Virus record (IMG/VR): IMGVR_UViG_3300032217_000845
Location: 1 to 64,000 of that record
Direction: 5' to 3' (one strand)
Origin: a virus
Length of the DNA: 64,000 bases
Part shown: positions 63,789-64,000 of the stretch, one piece after another
Numbering within the stretch: position 1 is the first letter of the stretch
Layout: the number at the start of each line of letters is the position of its first letter
Notes under the pieces: generated by a model
The model's input: only the letters and a program-made list of their open reading frames with translations
Told to the model about the DNA's origin: nothing
The model's database searches: none
Program-made: the position numbers and the translations under genes

Positions 63789-64000
63789 ATGACACTAGTA
63801 GCAGATACCAAGATTGGCACAGCAGTAGAAACCAAGATTGGCACAGCCGAGTTGAGTGCTGGTAGAGAACGCAAGAACTTCTACAAAGACGGAACTAGGG
63901 TTGCTCACATAGACAGGATTTACGCACCGAGCAGAGTGTTTATTGACTTGGGCGAGAGTGTCTGGGAACACCTGAACAACAGACACAATAGGGATTGGCA
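63789..64000 (+). CDS. hypothetical protein (3' truncated)
   Basis: TATAAT and GAAAGGG RBS; MTLVADTKIGTAVETKIGTA..., open to the window end. Confidence 0.65.
   Translation, partial: MTLVADTKIGTAVETKIGTAELSAGRERKNFYKDGTRVAHIDRIYAPSRVFIDLGESVWEHLNNRHNRDW

Noticed and set aside
63806-63848. 17-bp direct repeat ACCAAGATTGGCACAGC
   Set aside because: It is an in-frame duplication (TKIGTA x2) inside a CDS, with no further copies
826-63986. Numerous antisense or alternate-frame ORFs of 60-180 aa in the track
   Set aside because: They shadow well-supported genes on the opposite strand or frame and lack RBSs and motifs
1-64000. Stop-codon reassignment
   Set aside because: Long genes are intact in the standard code, and TAA, TAG and TGA all terminate genes at sensible positions

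Overview
A 64-kb segment of a large lytic tailed dsDNA phage, inferred to infect Actinobacteria (two WhiB proteins, a ClgR-like regulator, DUF3039, NrdH, many leaderless genes). 1-19.7 kb: replication and recombination genes (family A DNA polymerase, SNF2 helicase, RuvC-like resolvase, PD-(D/E)XK nuclease, Sak4-like ATPase, DUF669 SSB, Prim-Pol/D5 primase-helicase, serine recombinase, dNMP kinase) plus glycosyltransferase-like genes. 20-25 kb: tail-fibre-like genes. 25-43 kb: class II ribonucleotide reductase, tmRNA, tRNA-Asn, tRNA-Thr, two unclassified structured RNAs, HicA-like protein, Hsp20, DNA methyltransferase, double-M23 lysin and a large PA14 coiled-coil protein. The most unusual signals are in the DNA itself. 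(i) 46.0-49.7 kb is packed with two strand-polar motifs, AACCG and CGGCNNGC, written through coding sequence. (ii) From about 49.85 kb to the window end, almost all 4-bp palindromes except CTAG and TATA disappear. (iii) That region is built from repeated expression cassettes: terminator, invariant 15-mer TGTATTCGTTTTTTC (14 exact copies), a 13-bp operator-like motif, a sigma-A-type promoter and a GAAAGGG RBS. (iv) Several 3' hairpins and one stand-alone small RNA display loops complementary to the phage's own ribosome-binding sites. (v) A ~260-nt multi-branched RNA candidate lies at 58.27-58.52 kb. All counts were made by eye and need computational confirmation. Protein family calls are motif recognition, not database hits.
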